Assembly (NCBI GenBank): GCA_028534125.1
Contig: CM052817.1
Span: 52,888,001-52,952,000, forward strand
DNA length: 64,000 nucleotides
Direction of reading: 5' to 3'
Source of the DNA: Lama glama
Lineage: Eukaryota
Position 1 is the stretch's first letter. Each line of letters opens with the position of its first letter. Of the stretch, positions 27,883 through 40,419 are shown in pieces. The translations under genes and the position numbers were made by a program. The notes below the pieces were generated by a model. The model ran no database searches. It was not told the origin of the DNA and worked only from the letters and a program-made list of their open reading frames with translations.

Positions 27883-28547
27883 GCTAAATAATTGAGGTAA
27901 TATATATTCTGTATATAAAAATATTAATGGATATTTTTGTTACACAAATTGTAAAATAATTTTGCTAGAACAAAAGTCAAACTGAATTTATCTTACATGT
28001 GTAATAGTTTTCTAGGAATCAAAATAATCTTGAATATGTTTTATTCTACTTTCTTTAGTGCCACATGACCTATGAACAGTAATTATAATTTGCATTTGTG
28101 ACAGCAACATATAATGAGTTATCTGCCTTTCAGTATTTCATTTTGTTTTAGAACCTAAATGATTTCTCAGGTACTAGGTAAAGAAATGCTAACTAGCACA
28201 TCTTCTAATACCTGTACTTACAGAAAGTATTTTCTGTTTTGTCTTACCTTTCTAAGAGACTTCTTTTTTTCTTGTCTGTATCTGTTTTCTTTTCTCATTG
28301 AAAAGTTTCACTTTTTGGGTAACTAGTACTTTGAACATGAATTATAGTTTAAAAATTTATTACACATTTTCAAATATTTACTTAGTAAAGGCATAGCAAT
28401 ATAAGTTTATAGAAAATATTTAATATCTAATATCTGTTATTTTTCAAATTATTTGTCAAAGGGACTGTACTCTTTACAACTTCCTTTTATGTTTTAGAAG
28501 TGGAAAAATATAATATTCAGAAAACCTCCAAATCAGAAAAATAATAA

Positions 28548-28637
28548 AAATAGGAATATGTATGTATAAATGAATCACTATGCTGTACCCCAGAAATTAA
28601 CGCAACATTGTAAACTGACTATACTTTAATAAAAAAA
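28548..28637 (+). mobile_element. Short L1 3' tip
   Basis: tgaatcactatgctgtaccccagaaattaacgcaacattgtaaactgactatactttaataaaaaaa. Confidence 0.85.
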
Positions 28638-29309
28638 GTACATGACTGAGTATATAACAAAGCATTTTAGAACCAAAAAGAAAAAGAAAATTTCCAAGTC
28701 ATATAATTTTATTTAAAGGCTTGTAATTGTGTTAGGAACCACATTTAATGATGGAGATCTTGGCCTACAATGTTTAGAGTAAGAATGTAGATCTCTAAGA
28801 TTATATTTTGAGAAAATAGATAGGTAACATAATTAAATTAGCAATAAATATAATTGTCGATTTTAATTTTATGACTACTGTACTTAATACTGGCACAAAC
28901 ATTTTTTTCTACCACTGAATTGCTATACATTTAAAGACTACATTTTGACATATAAAATATTTTTCAATGTTGTCTATGATTTAGTTTGGAAAACACATTC
29001 ACACGTGGAAATTCTCATTTTGAAAATGGTAAAATGCAATGATAAAGTAATTTTTCTCAGTTACATACCAAAAGAAAAGCATAGCCAAGACTTATGTCAG
29101 TCTGAAGTGCTCCACTCTCTGGACAGTTCATCTTGCTACACTATTAAAAAGTACAGTAAGCTTTTCATTATCATGGTCAAAAGATTTGCTTTCCTAAGAG
29201 ATGATAAAATTCAGTGGCAATCTTATATTTAAGCAGAGAAGTTAGACGTTGTAGGAAGCCACATAGCACAAATACCTAACTTCCATTGTAGGAGTAACAA
29301 TTAGCATTT

Positions 29310-29414
29310 GAAGGGAGGGCTGCAACGCAGTAGCTGAGTGGTAGAGCATGCACAAAGTCCTGAGTTCAATCCCCAGTACCTCCATTAAAACAAGCAAACA
29401 AACATACAAAAAAC
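29310..29414 (+). mobile_element. tRNA-derived SINE (camelid Vic-1-like)
   Basis: A-box tagctgagtgg, B-box gagttcaatcc, ccccagtacctcca and A-rich tail. TSD aacaattagcatt (29296-29308) / aacaatagcatt (29415-29426). Confidence 0.85.
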
Positions 29415-30454
29415 AACAATAGCATTCACTCAGTAACATTAGGCTCACTTTGTAAAACTGGAAATGCTCTTGGGAGAGTTTGTGCTATTTATTCTAGGGA
29501 GCATATGGCTCCTAGTGTCTGTAATACTGTTGAATAAAGTTACTTTTATTTGTCTGCTTTTTAAACTGATGTCCTGCGTGACAACTTTTGTGGCAACAGA
29601 CAGATGGACTTATGCTAAAATTCTCGACACCTGTCACAAGTACAAATGTTAGCTTTCAAAAACTTAGACTTCGGGACTAAAGATTTTGCAATCTAATAAC
29701 TCTTGCCGTTAAAACATCCTTGAAAACTTGACAAAACAAAAACAAATAAAAGATTTTCCATAGCAATAGGAAAAAAGAGCCTGAATTATGCTACAGTATG
29801 GGAATAATTGCCACATAATACAATGCTACTAGAGTAGGCAAAACAATAAAACAGAAGACACGTATTTGCATCCATTATTAAAAAAAATAAACAAAAAGAA
29901 GACACTCCGCATCTCATTCTATAACCCTAGCTTTAGAAATTTGAAGTCTACATTTACTTGAATCCAGTCCACTTAGTTTATAAGAATAGATTTCTGAGTT
30001 ACCAGAATAATTTCTGGTAACCTAAGCTCTGCTTTTGGAGCATTTATTTAGAAAATTCAAATGCTAATTTCTACTATGTCAGTGGCTAAAAGGAAATGTG
30101 ATTGTGCATTATAACAAGAAACGATAGTAAAAGATCCCTGGAAGCTATATACCCTGGGTTCTGCTGCCATATATCTGGTCTGTGAAGAGTAATTACAAGT
30201 GCTTCTCAAAATCTGAGAACATGTTAATGGAGCAGCTGACAGTCCCCCATCATTCAAGTTTATAACCATGATAAATTAACCCCTGTTGGATTCCTGTTAT
30301 GGACTGCACACAAAAATATGGGATCCAGTTTTGGAAAGGAGAATTCCCTCAGAGACAGTGCATGGCCAGAAGGGGACTAAAGGCTATCCATGATGATTTA
30401 TCGTTTTTCATAGATAAGCAAGTGAAAAGAGAAAAAAGCCGGAGACTTTTGTGT

Positions 30455-30832
30455 CAACATAAAAAATACCATATGAGATCGCTCATATGTGGAATCTAAA
30501 AAACAAAAACAAAAACAAAGCATAAATACAGGACAGAAATAGACTTGTGGACAGAGAATACAGACTTGTGGTTACCAGGGGGGGTAGAGGGTGGGAAGGG
30601 ATAGACTGAGATTTCAAAATTGTAGAATAGATAAACAAGATTACACTGTATAGCACAGGGAAATATACACAAAATGTTATGATAAATCACAGAGAAAAAA
30701 ATATGACAATGAGTGTGTATATGTCCATGAATGACTGAAAAATTGTGCTGAACACTGGAATTTGACACAACATTGTAAAATGATTATAAATCAATAAAAA
30801 ATGTTAAAAAATAAAAAGATAAATAAAAATAA
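30455..30832 (+). mobile_element. Relatively young L1 3' end
   Basis: aaataccatatgagatcgctcatatgtggaatctaaaaa...gtggttaccagggg...ctgtatagcacagggaaatata...acaacattgtaaaatgattataaatcaataaaaaa plus A-rich tail. Confidence 0.9.
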
Positions 30833-31849
30833 GAAGGGATTGCTAATTTCAGGACTTTTAAAGAAAATATTTCTCTTAATTTTTTTTACTAGAGAAAGCA
30901 AATAAAGCAATAGAAAGTTCTCCGCTTTTTACTCTTTACTTTTTATTTACTTTTTACTACTTTACTTAAAAAATAATAGTCCATGGTATCTCTATAAGTA
31001 AGAATTTATTTTAATATAAAACATTGAAAAGATGAAAGAAAATCTTGAGAAGAAATGAGAACAAACAATAATAAGAAAAGCTGGCAGACTCTAAAATTTT
31101 AGTAGTGGAACTGAATTCAATGTTAAAAACCAACAGAAAGGAAACTTGAGACTAGAAGAAATGCAATCTGTATTTCAAAGGACAAATATGAAATATTTCT
31201 GCCAGTTTATAGAAAATGACAGAAGTAGTCAAAATTATGAGTGGTGATAAGTGAAATGTATATACAAAATAGAAACCTTATTCTCAAGTAAACATTAGCA
31301 AATCTTGAACAAATAGTGGGAAAGTAAAAATCAACATTTTTATTGGAGAAAATGTGAGCTGAAAAGGCAAACTTGAGGGGAAAATTATTTGAAACATAAA
31401 TGACAAAAATACTAATATACATAATCTGAATTACTCTTATCTATATATCTTAAAGCAATCACTTAAATTCTCTCTGAGACAAAAAGATCAAAGCAAGAGA
31501 ATAATCCAGAAAGTAAGATTATAGCATCAATAAAGTGAAAACCAGCAAGGCTAGTAGTCAAGTAAGTGCAAATTAAACAAAATTAAAAGTAGCATTTTTA
31601 TTAGTAATGCTGTAGACTGTTGAAATGCAGTGATAATATTTATTTGCATCCCTCAGGGTCCTGTTATGAAGGAGAAGACACGTGGAATATGGTTGTTTTC
31701 CAAGATGTTTACAATGTGAGGGGAATATTTAGGAAAAGCACAGGGGTGAGTGAAGAGTCCTGAAGAGAATAATAGCAGGAGGCTGTTTTGAAGAGGTAAT
31801 ATGAAGGATGAAAGAAGGCTTATCTGACTGGGCATTTATGACTTTAACC

Positions 31850-31971
31850 TTTGTTTGTTTCTTTTTGGGGAGTAATTAGGTTTATTTATTTATTTAATGG
31901 AGGTACTAGAGATTGAACCTAGGACCTCGTGCATGCTAGGCATGTGTTCTACCACTGAACTACACCCTCCC
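31850..31971 (-). mobile_element. tRNA-derived SINE (camelid Vic-1-like)
   Basis: Reverse complement gggagggtgtagttcagtggtagaacacatgcctagcatgcacgaggtcctaggttcaatc...aaataaacctaattac. Flanking repeat actgggcattta (31827) / actggacattta (31972). Confidence 0.9.
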
Positions 31972-32229
31972 ACTGGACATTTACGGATGTGTATATATTA
32001 GAAAGATGAGAGTGTGTTAAGAATTTGTAGGTAAAGTGGGCCACCTGAAGCTGTGCCTTTTGACCAAAGTACACATGACACAGAAAATAGGGCAAGCCTC
32101 CCTGCAAGGAACTAGGAGAAAGAATACCTCAAACTTACGCAACTCCCTCTCTCCAACATCTTCTCTAGGTTTCAGCAGCAGATTTTACTATTTTTCGGCA
32201 TGTTTTATCAAGTCCATTTACAATGTAAC

Positions 32230-33380
32230 CCATATGCCTGTGTTTTGAGTTCAGCAGGGGAGAAAACTTTACAACAGATTATCTGGGAAGGTGCTCTGAC
32301 ATAGGGGCAAATGATACAGCAGATCTGATGTTAGGCAAAGTGCCTGTGACAAATAGGAATGCTGAAGGAAAGCCCCTATAGGTAAACTGAAATGCATACA
32401 CTACGGTTTTTTTAAGTAAATATAAGCCAACTGATGCAGGAATTTGTTCTGTTTTGGAGAAAACCTGGTAGAGACTGAGTGCTTTATTGTGGACTTCAAA
32501 TTACCGAGAAATCTGTCCACCTTGGACTCAATGTCTGAACCATAAATTTGAGTGAATTAGCATCACTCCATCATCAAGTCAAAAACAAAAGAATGCACAA
32601 GGTAACGGGTAATGGAGGCATAACTAAGTTGTATAACAAAGTGTCTCAGATGCTTATGGAACATCAACCCATAATGCTTCTTGGAACATTTTCTATGATT
32701 GCATGACCTAAGAAGAAACCAGTATCATATTTATTTTACAGACAGTGCTAATAAGCATGCTGATACCACCTGAGAGTGGACAACTGCAAGGGAATCATCT
32801 AAGTAGGATAAACTTTAAACTGCATGCTGGTGGCTGACTTTATCTGGAGAGAGAGCTGAACAAAAGTTTAAAACTACATTAATTCATGAAATGTGTCTAA
32901 TAGGTTGACAAATGGTCAAGGACTTGGCAGGAGCCACATTGGAGATTTGATGACAGAGAAGTCTGGAGAAGATTTATGTGAAGGAACACCTCAATTTGGC
33001 AAATTGAGGATGTTTGTTTCCAAAAAAAATAAATAAATAAAGCTCTACATCAAAATAAATCATAGAAAACGAGGTTCTTAATTATTAGGTGATCAAGATA
33101 ACCTATTTTGTGGGAGCCAGTAATCTACCTCAGCTGTTCTTGTCTTTGTTTAATAGACTCATTATGTGTTGATAGCAATTGGGAGGAGGTTACACATGAG
33201 TTCCAGAACAGTAATTTGCATTCAGCAAGGCTGATATGGTCATAGCTAACAGCAAAAACTATAATGAGTTCCTGATACGGCATCATTCCCTAGGGGAAAC
33301 AGCAAGTCATATGAAAGCAAGTTCAACAAATCATATGAAGAAGGCAGGTTGATTACACTGAATCATTTCCATCATGACAT
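32230..33380 (+). mobile_element. ERVL internal pol remnant (RNase H to integrase), decayed
   Basis: tggtcaaggacttggcaggagccacattggagatt...agagaagtctggagaag resembles the ERVL WSGTWKEHDWKIGDKEIWGR region. ccctaggggaaa...ggcaggttgattacactg resembles the integrase WQVDYIG region. No open frame. Confidence 0.7.
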
Positions 33381-33419
33381 TTTTTCCTTTGTTGGAAAAT
33401 GCTTACCTTTTTTCTTTTT

Positions 33420-34790
33420 TATAATTAATATTTAACATCATTTTTGAGATATAATTAACATACCATATAATTCACTTATTTAAAGTGTACCATTAAGTGA
33501 TTTTAGAGTAGTCACCTGGTTGTGCAACCATGATCACAATCTAATTTAAGAGTATTTCACATTCCTACCATCAGTGTTTGATGGTTCTAATTTTTGAACT
33601 TTGAAAGTTTTTCTAAAAAGGCTTAAATTCAAAATTATATTTTTTCTTTTGTTTGCTGTGCTCTAGTTATACCAAAGAAAACAGTGCCAGATCCTAAGTC
33701 AGCTTTATTTGAACTGATTTATTTTAAGACTTTTTATTTTTAACTCTTACATTTAATTCTTTGATCCATTTTGACTTAATGGTATAAAGCTAGGATCCAA
33801 CTTTATTTTTTTGCATATGGCTATCCAGTTTTGTCAACACCATTTATTGAACTCCCCCATTTAATTATCTTGCCATGCTGTTACTGAGTCCAGACTCCTT
33901 ATGCTCACTACACGACAGATCAATAAATCGGGAGATGAGGTATTGGGGCAAGGGATAACGACTTTATTTGGAAATTTGGCAGACTGAGAATATGGCAGAC
34001 TAATGTCATGGAGAACCATCTTCCCCAAGTCAGAATTCAGGCTCCTTTTATACTAAAAAAGAGAGGGCGTATGCTTGGTTGTTGCAAACTTCTACATGTA
34101 GGAATTCTTTGTTCTTGGAATCTTTTGTTCTTGCAGCTGTCCTAAGGGTCAGATCATAGTGTCCCTGTAAACCTCTAACAAAACAAACCTAATTTTCTGT
34201 TCTGCAACTTGTTGTATTTATATGAATGGAAAAAGTGTTAGTATCCTTAAAGGTTAAAGCCTTGAGAATAGGCTATCCTGTATATTTCAGGCTGTAGGCA
34301 ACATTATTTTACAAAAGGTGCAGAACTAGCAAAACTAAGCCTAGGAAAAAAGAGCGTAGGGTTAAAGCCAAAGGAACAGTTGTAATATGGAGTCAGGTTT
34401 TTCTTTTCTATTACAATGCTTGTGAAAAATGAGCTGACGATAGATATATGTGCTTATTTCTGGACTCTGGTTTCTATTCCATTAATTTATGTATCTGTCC
34501 TTAAGCCAGTATCACAAAGTCTGGATTGTTGTAGGTTGGTAGTAAGTTTTGGATTCAGAAAGTGTAAGTCTTCTGACTTTGTCTTTCAAAATGTTTTTGG
34601 CTATTCTAGGCTTTTTTCATTTCCATGTGAATTTTAGGATCAAGTTGTAAATATATGAAGAAAAAAAAAGGCTAGCCTGGCTCATTTTTATAGCAATTGA
34701 ATCTGTAGATCAATTTAGGGAATATTGCAATCTTAAAAATATTGTCCTCTGAATCATTAACATGGTATGTTTCCAATTTTTTTAATCTCT
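33420..34790 (-). mobile_element. Old L1 (L1MB-like) fragments hosting a solo LTR
   Basis: ttttgagatataattaacataccatataattcac...; ttttttgcatatggctatccagttt...caccatttattga; aatctgtagatcaatttaggga. Confidence 0.75.
33879..34415 (-). mobile_element. Complete 537-bp solo ERV1-class LTR
   Basis: TG...CA termini (tgttact...attaca) and exact 4-bp TSD atgc (33875-33878, 34416-34419). Minus-strand AATAAA (tttatt ~33963) and TATA (ttttata ~34046). Confidence 0.9.
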
Positions 34791-34799
34791 CAACATTTT

Positions 34800-36310
34800 A
34801 GATGATTTATTTTTAATAGAATTAATTTGCCTGAACTAATTCTACAAAGGCTGTTTCCTCTGCAGTATATAGCCTTTTCTATCTCTGCTCAAATTTTTCC
34901 CCATTTTTATCTTTTTTATCCTGTCTAGGATTTGCCCGAGTTGGCATAAACCACTAATTGGGCTAATTTTGTGCTTATTTCCCCTTAGCCAGTTCGAGTT
35001 TACTCTGTGTCACTAGATGTAGATATGGGTTGGAGGCTGCTCTCACAGGTCAGGGTGTTTATGAATTTTTTTCCCCGTCAAATTCAGCCATTAACCTGTA
35101 GCCTGGGGTTTCCTCTGTGATAAATCCTTAGAAGGTACATCTTTTAGTATGCACATAATCTTTTAGAGAGTCGCAAATGACTATAATTCTATTTCAAAAT
35201 CTGGCATCCTTGAAGTCACCTCAGGTTAAAATAGCATTTTGTTCAATGTTTGATCAGAATTTGTTTCAGCCCTTTGGGACACTGAAGTGTCATCTCCTTA
35301 TTGATGAATTTGGGTATATTTTGGGGAATGGTTTCAAGTTTGCCTGATATCCAACCTCTCTTGAGCGGATGCAGCCTAACATAACATGCAGAGCTTTTCT
35401 GAGCCCTAGTGTTGACTATGATCATAGAGAGACTCTTCTTGGTTACCTCTTCTGTGGTTCTTTTTATTTAATTTCTGGTTGCTCTGTTATTTTGCTTGTG
35501 TTACGGAGCTAACAGATCTTCGGAATTGCTCTCCACCAAGATTTTCATAATTTTTGATGTCATCCTTAAGTGGTATTCACCACTCTCTGGTTGGTCCAGA
35601 CAAAATGAATCTTCTCAGGCAAAGATGTGAAATGCCTCATCCTTATGGCCTGCCTTTACATTGCCTTTTAATACATCACTGGACCAGAGGGGATATCAGG
35701 AACCTGCTTCTTCTGGAGTGACACCTTTGATCTATGATTGTGCCCTGGGGTTTGGAAAGTAGCAAAACTTGGCTTTTCAGCCTCTGCCTAACAGGGAAGC
35801 AAGCTGAGGTGGGAAAATATGGAGTCCTGGTAGTCTCTGTCTATTGTGCCTGGAGTAAGGTTTCTGCCCTACAAGTATGGGCTTGGCTGGGACAAAGGAG
35901 ACATGTTCCCTTCAGACATGCCTCTGGGAACAGGGCCTCTGCAACACAGAAGGCAAGAAACAATAGTTTGAACCTCTGGGGTGAAACTGTAGACCCAGCA
36001 AGGGAGCTTGGAGAACAGAGGAGTCCTGTATTTGTGGCTCCTCATGCCCGGAATAGAAGTTTCCATACCATGGAAATGAGACGGGAGGGATGTATGGTAA
36101 GACAGCAGATCGTACCTCAAAAGCCACAGAGTTTCACTGTTCTTGTCAAGATTTAGTAGACTTTCATGTATGAACATTTTAGTTATCATACGTTTTTAGG
36201 ACAATTTGCAAAGACTTTCAGTGTTACAAAATTTATAATATTTAGCAGTTAAATTGTTGTCTTGCTGGAGTAAGGTTCTACTGAGATCTGTACTCAACCA
36301 TTTCAGAAAG
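34800..36310 (-). mobile_element. Probable ancient L1 5'UTR region
   Basis: GC-moderate block adjoining L1 and ending in ctcaaccatttcagaaag, which resembles the antisense of L1M 5' starts. Weak evidence. Confidence 0.4.
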
Positions 36311-36970
36311 CACATTTTAAGATACTTTGATTTTTTTTCTGCCCCACCCATAGTGCTTTTGCTTTGACCTAATCTATATATTTACAGAATGCTACTTTCC
36401 ATCATGTCTTTCCATACATCATTGCTTCTAAATAAGCGTGTTGCTAAATGTAACTTATGATTCAAGGCAATAGTGTCTATGTCTCATAATTCACTGGGCT
36501 TATTACTATGTGCTGTATAGAGCAGATGGCTTGAAAGAACAATCCGAATGTTTTGAATGCTTAGTTTTAGTCCCAAGCAGTAGTGCATCTGAACTAGCAA
36601 CAAAGATATGGAACTGTTTTTCCCACAGTCAGTATATACAGGTGCGAAAGCCAAATGATGTATTTAGATGTGGCTCATTTACCACAAATTATTCACTAGA
36701 AGTTGCTACACAAATTTATCATCTGTATTATATGTGTGTGTGTGTATGGATGTCAGCATGTGTATGTATATTAATAGATGTGAAATATGAGACTGATTTT
36801 TTTTTCTTTTTTCTCTGATTCTGTTACTCTTGTGTAAGAGTTCCAATAATGATTGACCATATATCTCATTATTTCATTCCATATTTATTGAGGAGGATAG
36901 CTCATTGAAATTGTAAAAGATCTAGAAGAGAAATATCAAGTAATAAATTGGGCATAAAGGATTGTGTGTC

Positions 36971-37698
36971 GGCCGGGCATGGTGGTGTGGAGCCTGGCCG
37001 CAGCAGCACCTCTACTTCATGGGTGCAGTCTGCCCCAGGAACTGGGGCTTCTTTGCGTGTTCCCAGTAGGTATGCCCTGTATCGTGTGGTTCTTTCTCTG
37101 CTCATTCATTCATTCATCCATCCATCCATCACCCGTGTGCTCCTGAGTGCCTGCCCTGGCTCAGCTCTGGAAAACTGCAGTAACAGGACAGACTCAGTCT
37201 TGGCCTCTGAAGACTGGTTGGTGAAAGAGTCAGTGCACAGCTTCCCCTTCTCCACTGTGCCTAGAAGATGTTTGCCTCGCAGACTGAGGGGGAGCTCAAG
37301 GTGACCCAGATTCTCAAAGAAAAGTTTCCTTGAGCTATAGCTATCAAAGCCACCGACATTTCAGGAGGCTGTGGGGCAATGTATGAAATTCAAATAGAAT
37401 CAGAAGAATGTAAGGAGAAGAGAACTGTGCAGCAGCACCAGATGGTAAATCAGGCACTAAAAGAAGAAATAAAAGGCATGCATGGATTGTGGATATTTAC
37501 CTCTGTCCCCAAACACTGACCACACCCTGGTTGTATAGATGCTGCTTCTAAATCTTGGATGAATCTGACTAATAACCATTCTTTCTTAGGCATCCAACAA
37601 AAATTTTATCTATTTTGTTGATAGGCATTTCCATAATATAATTATAGAATATGTTATCTATTTAGATGTTAATTAAAGGCAACAGACAACTAAAACAA
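36971..37698 (+). pseudogene. BOLA3: BOLA3 processed pseudogene (BolA-like protein 3 retrocopy)
   Basis: ATG 36979 gives MVVWSLAAAAPLLHG. 37241-37519 reads LPLLHCA*KMFASQTEGELKVTQILKEKFP*AIAIKATDISGGCGAMYEIQIESEECKEKRTVQQHQMVNQALKEEIKGMHGLWIFTSVPKH*, matching BOLA3 without introns. Premature stops at 37262 and 37331. ATTAAA 37672-37677 and decayed A tail. Perfect 15-bp TSD aaaggattgtgtgtc (36956-36970, 37699-37713). Confidence 0.97.
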
Positions 37699-38211
37699 AA
37701 AGGATTGTGTGTCTACCTTTATGGGAGAGTTAAGCATCACTTTGGTGGTATGAAAATTATATCATATTAAGTGGAAGTATGTTGTTACTGTCTATATTAA
37801 GAAAGCAAAGATTTTATATATATATATATATGTCCCTTTTATCATGCATATCTTATGTATCTATATATTACATGTATAATACATCATTACATATCTGATA
37901 TATTTGTAGGATATTCACGTATCTCCCGAGTTTGTGAGGAGGTAGACTGTGTTGTGTTATGTGGTCAGCTCAGCTCATCCCAATTATGTCTAATATGGAG
38001 GAGAAGCCTGGCATAGGTTTCCCATAATCTCTTTACGTGTGTGTTTTGTGTTAGAATTTGCCAGTAAGAGGAGCTCACAAGATATTTGGAAGGTGGATAG
38101 GATGGCAAACTATTATTTTTGGAGGTTGTTATAGTCAGACAGAATGGCCCTGCTGACTTCTCCATGACTTTCTGATTCTCTGTCACAATACCTAGAGATG
38201 TTAGATTAGCA

Positions 38212-38267
38212 ATTAAAAGTACAGTTGATTTCTAATATTTCAGGTGTATAGCAAAGTCATTCAGGTG

Positions 38268-38301
<34 letters not shown>

Positions 38302-39150
38302 TTCTCTTTCAGACTCTTTTCTATAATAGGTTATTACAAGATATTGAATATAATTCTCTGTGATATACAGTAGGTCCTTGTAGTTTATTTTATATATAGT
38401 AGTGTGTATCTGTTAATCTCAAATTCCTAATTAATCCCTCCCTCCTTTACCTTTTCATAACTATTAGTTTGTTTCCTGTATCTGTGTGTCTGTTGTTTTA
38501 TAAATAAGTTTATTTTTATCATTTTTTTGGATTCTACATATAAGTGATATCATATGGTATTTGTCTTTCTCTCTATAACTTTACTTAGTATGATAATATC
38601 TAGGTCCATCCATGTTGCTAAAAATGACATTATTTCATTCTTTTTATGGCTGAGTAATATTCCATTGTATAAATATACCACATCTTTATCCATTCATCTG
38701 TTGATTGACATTTAGGTTGTTTCCATGTCTTGGCTATTGTAAATAGTGCTGCTATGAACATTGGGATGCATGTATGTTTTCAAATTAGAGTTTTCAGCTT
38801 TTCTGGATATATGCCTAGGAGTGGGATTGGTGGATCACATGGTAGTTAATTGTTAGTGTTTTAAAGGAACCTCCATATTTCTACTCTCCATAGTGGCCGC
38901 ACCAGATTACATTCCCACCCACAGTACAGAATGTTTCCCTTTTCTCCACACCCTCTCCAGCATTTATTTGTGGACTTTTTGATAATGGCCATTTTGACTG
39001 GTATGAAGTGATACCTCATTGTAATTTTGATTTGCATTTCTTGAATAATTAGCGATGTGAAACATCTTTTCATGTTCCTGTTGGCCATCTGGTTGTCTTC
39101 TTTGGAGAAATGTCTATTTAGATCTTCTGCCCATTTTTTGATTAGGTTTT
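38212..39150 (-). mobile_element. 5'-truncated L1 (ORF2 C-terminus plus 3'UTR), with (TA)n ~38268-38301
   Basis: ORF 38861-39175 contains [16 protein letters not shown]...[34 protein letters not shown]...CGWECNLV, the L1 ORF2 C-terminal Cys-rich region. Confidence 0.95.
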
Positions 39151-40419
39151 TTCTTGATGCTGAACTGTATGCCAAATTTATTTATATTAAAAATGTTTGT
39201 GTTACACCTTGATAAATTAAACAATCAGTTAATGTAAGGATTATTAAAAGAGTAGTTTACAATACACAAATATATTATATATATATACATATTTATCTAT
39301 TACATTTAATGTGGTGTATTTTTTTTACAGAAAATAATGTTACCATTTAATTTAATTTAATTTAAGGAAAAGTATTTGCCCAAATAATCATACAGGTTCT
39401 GTTTTACATCTGACTGAATGAGTACTCTTGAATACCTCTGTTCCACATGTGCACTTTCTTTACAACTCCCTCCACTGAAAAGGAGTGGAGAACTGGGAAC
39501 AATTAAGTACTTAGAAACTGCTTAATGATACAAATGTTTTTTGAGAGCAGTATTTCATAATTATTTTTTGTGAGCCTTAGCTAAAAGTTTGCTATACATG
39601 GATAATTTTGGATTAATGGCCAAGGGTAGGGAGATATGTGGGACTTTAGGTTTTGACAATTTTTTTTCCCTAGAATTCCTATGTCAAGTAACAGTCCGTT
39701 TAGGGAGATTGCAGTCCTTCAAAATGAAGGCAAAGCAGCAGAAAACCTACCAACTTACACTGCTGAGGAATGGCTAAAATGGGAGCAAGATGAGTTGTAT
39801 AATTAGTGTGCCTAAGAAGTATGGAAAATGGATCTTGACCAACAGCTCAGTGAGAGCATTATCTAATATGGCTTCCCTCATATCAGTGTCATGATCGTTC
39901 CTACATGCATGCCTCTCAGTTCTTCCTTATTTTCCACAATAGATCGGTATAAGTTAATACACTTTATTTACTTGAAGCATTTTATTTTGGTTCCCTTTAA
40001 AGTAATCCAGTGTAAATCTTTTGCCAAACTTCTGGCAAGATCATAATAAAAAAAGAGTGTAAATTCTTGTACTTTGCAGTGGAGAAACTTTTGGTTGTCT
40101 GACATTAAGTCTGCTTACCAAGACTGGGAGTAGATCAGTGGAAATGAAGCAGCCTGGGAGATGGGTCTATCCAGGATGATTTCTAAATACACTAAATATA
40201 TAAACTGCCTTTCAGGTCTGTACTCTTGGCTTTAACAGGGTGTACTTTGAAACAAATTGTTTTTGAGTGAGCAATAGCAAATCAATATAGAAGTCTTGGC
40301 TGACTTGACCCAATTTATTACTAGACTGATGTAAGTCACTTACCCAACTGCATCAATTGTATAAATATACAGTAAAATGAAAACTTGTGGAGATAAAAAA
40401 TGACATAGGAAATTCCCAT

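Noticed and set aside
29310..29414. tRNA genes (also at 31850-31971 and 52723-52955)
   Set aside because: A/B boxes are present, but they come with SINE-specific 3' sequence, A-rich tails and TSDs. These are tRNA-derived SINEs.
37023..37240. Reading the BOLA3 extra block as a GT...AG retained intron
   Set aside because: Removing it at GT(37023)...AG(37240) puts the downstream coding region out of frame. The donor (gtgcag) is poor and there is no polypyrimidine tract before the AG. A cassette exon fits better.
36948..37304. 118-aa ORF and overlapping ORFs at the BOLA3 copy as a new retrogene
   Set aside because: It starts at a non-ATG codon outside the insertion and is mostly out of the BOLA3 frame. 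The true BOLA3 frame has a frameshifting block and two premature stops.
40021..40038. Inverted repeat ttgcca-N6-tggcaa
   Set aside because: Short, expected by chance in 64 kb, and not the NFI TTGGC-N5-GCCAA arrangement.
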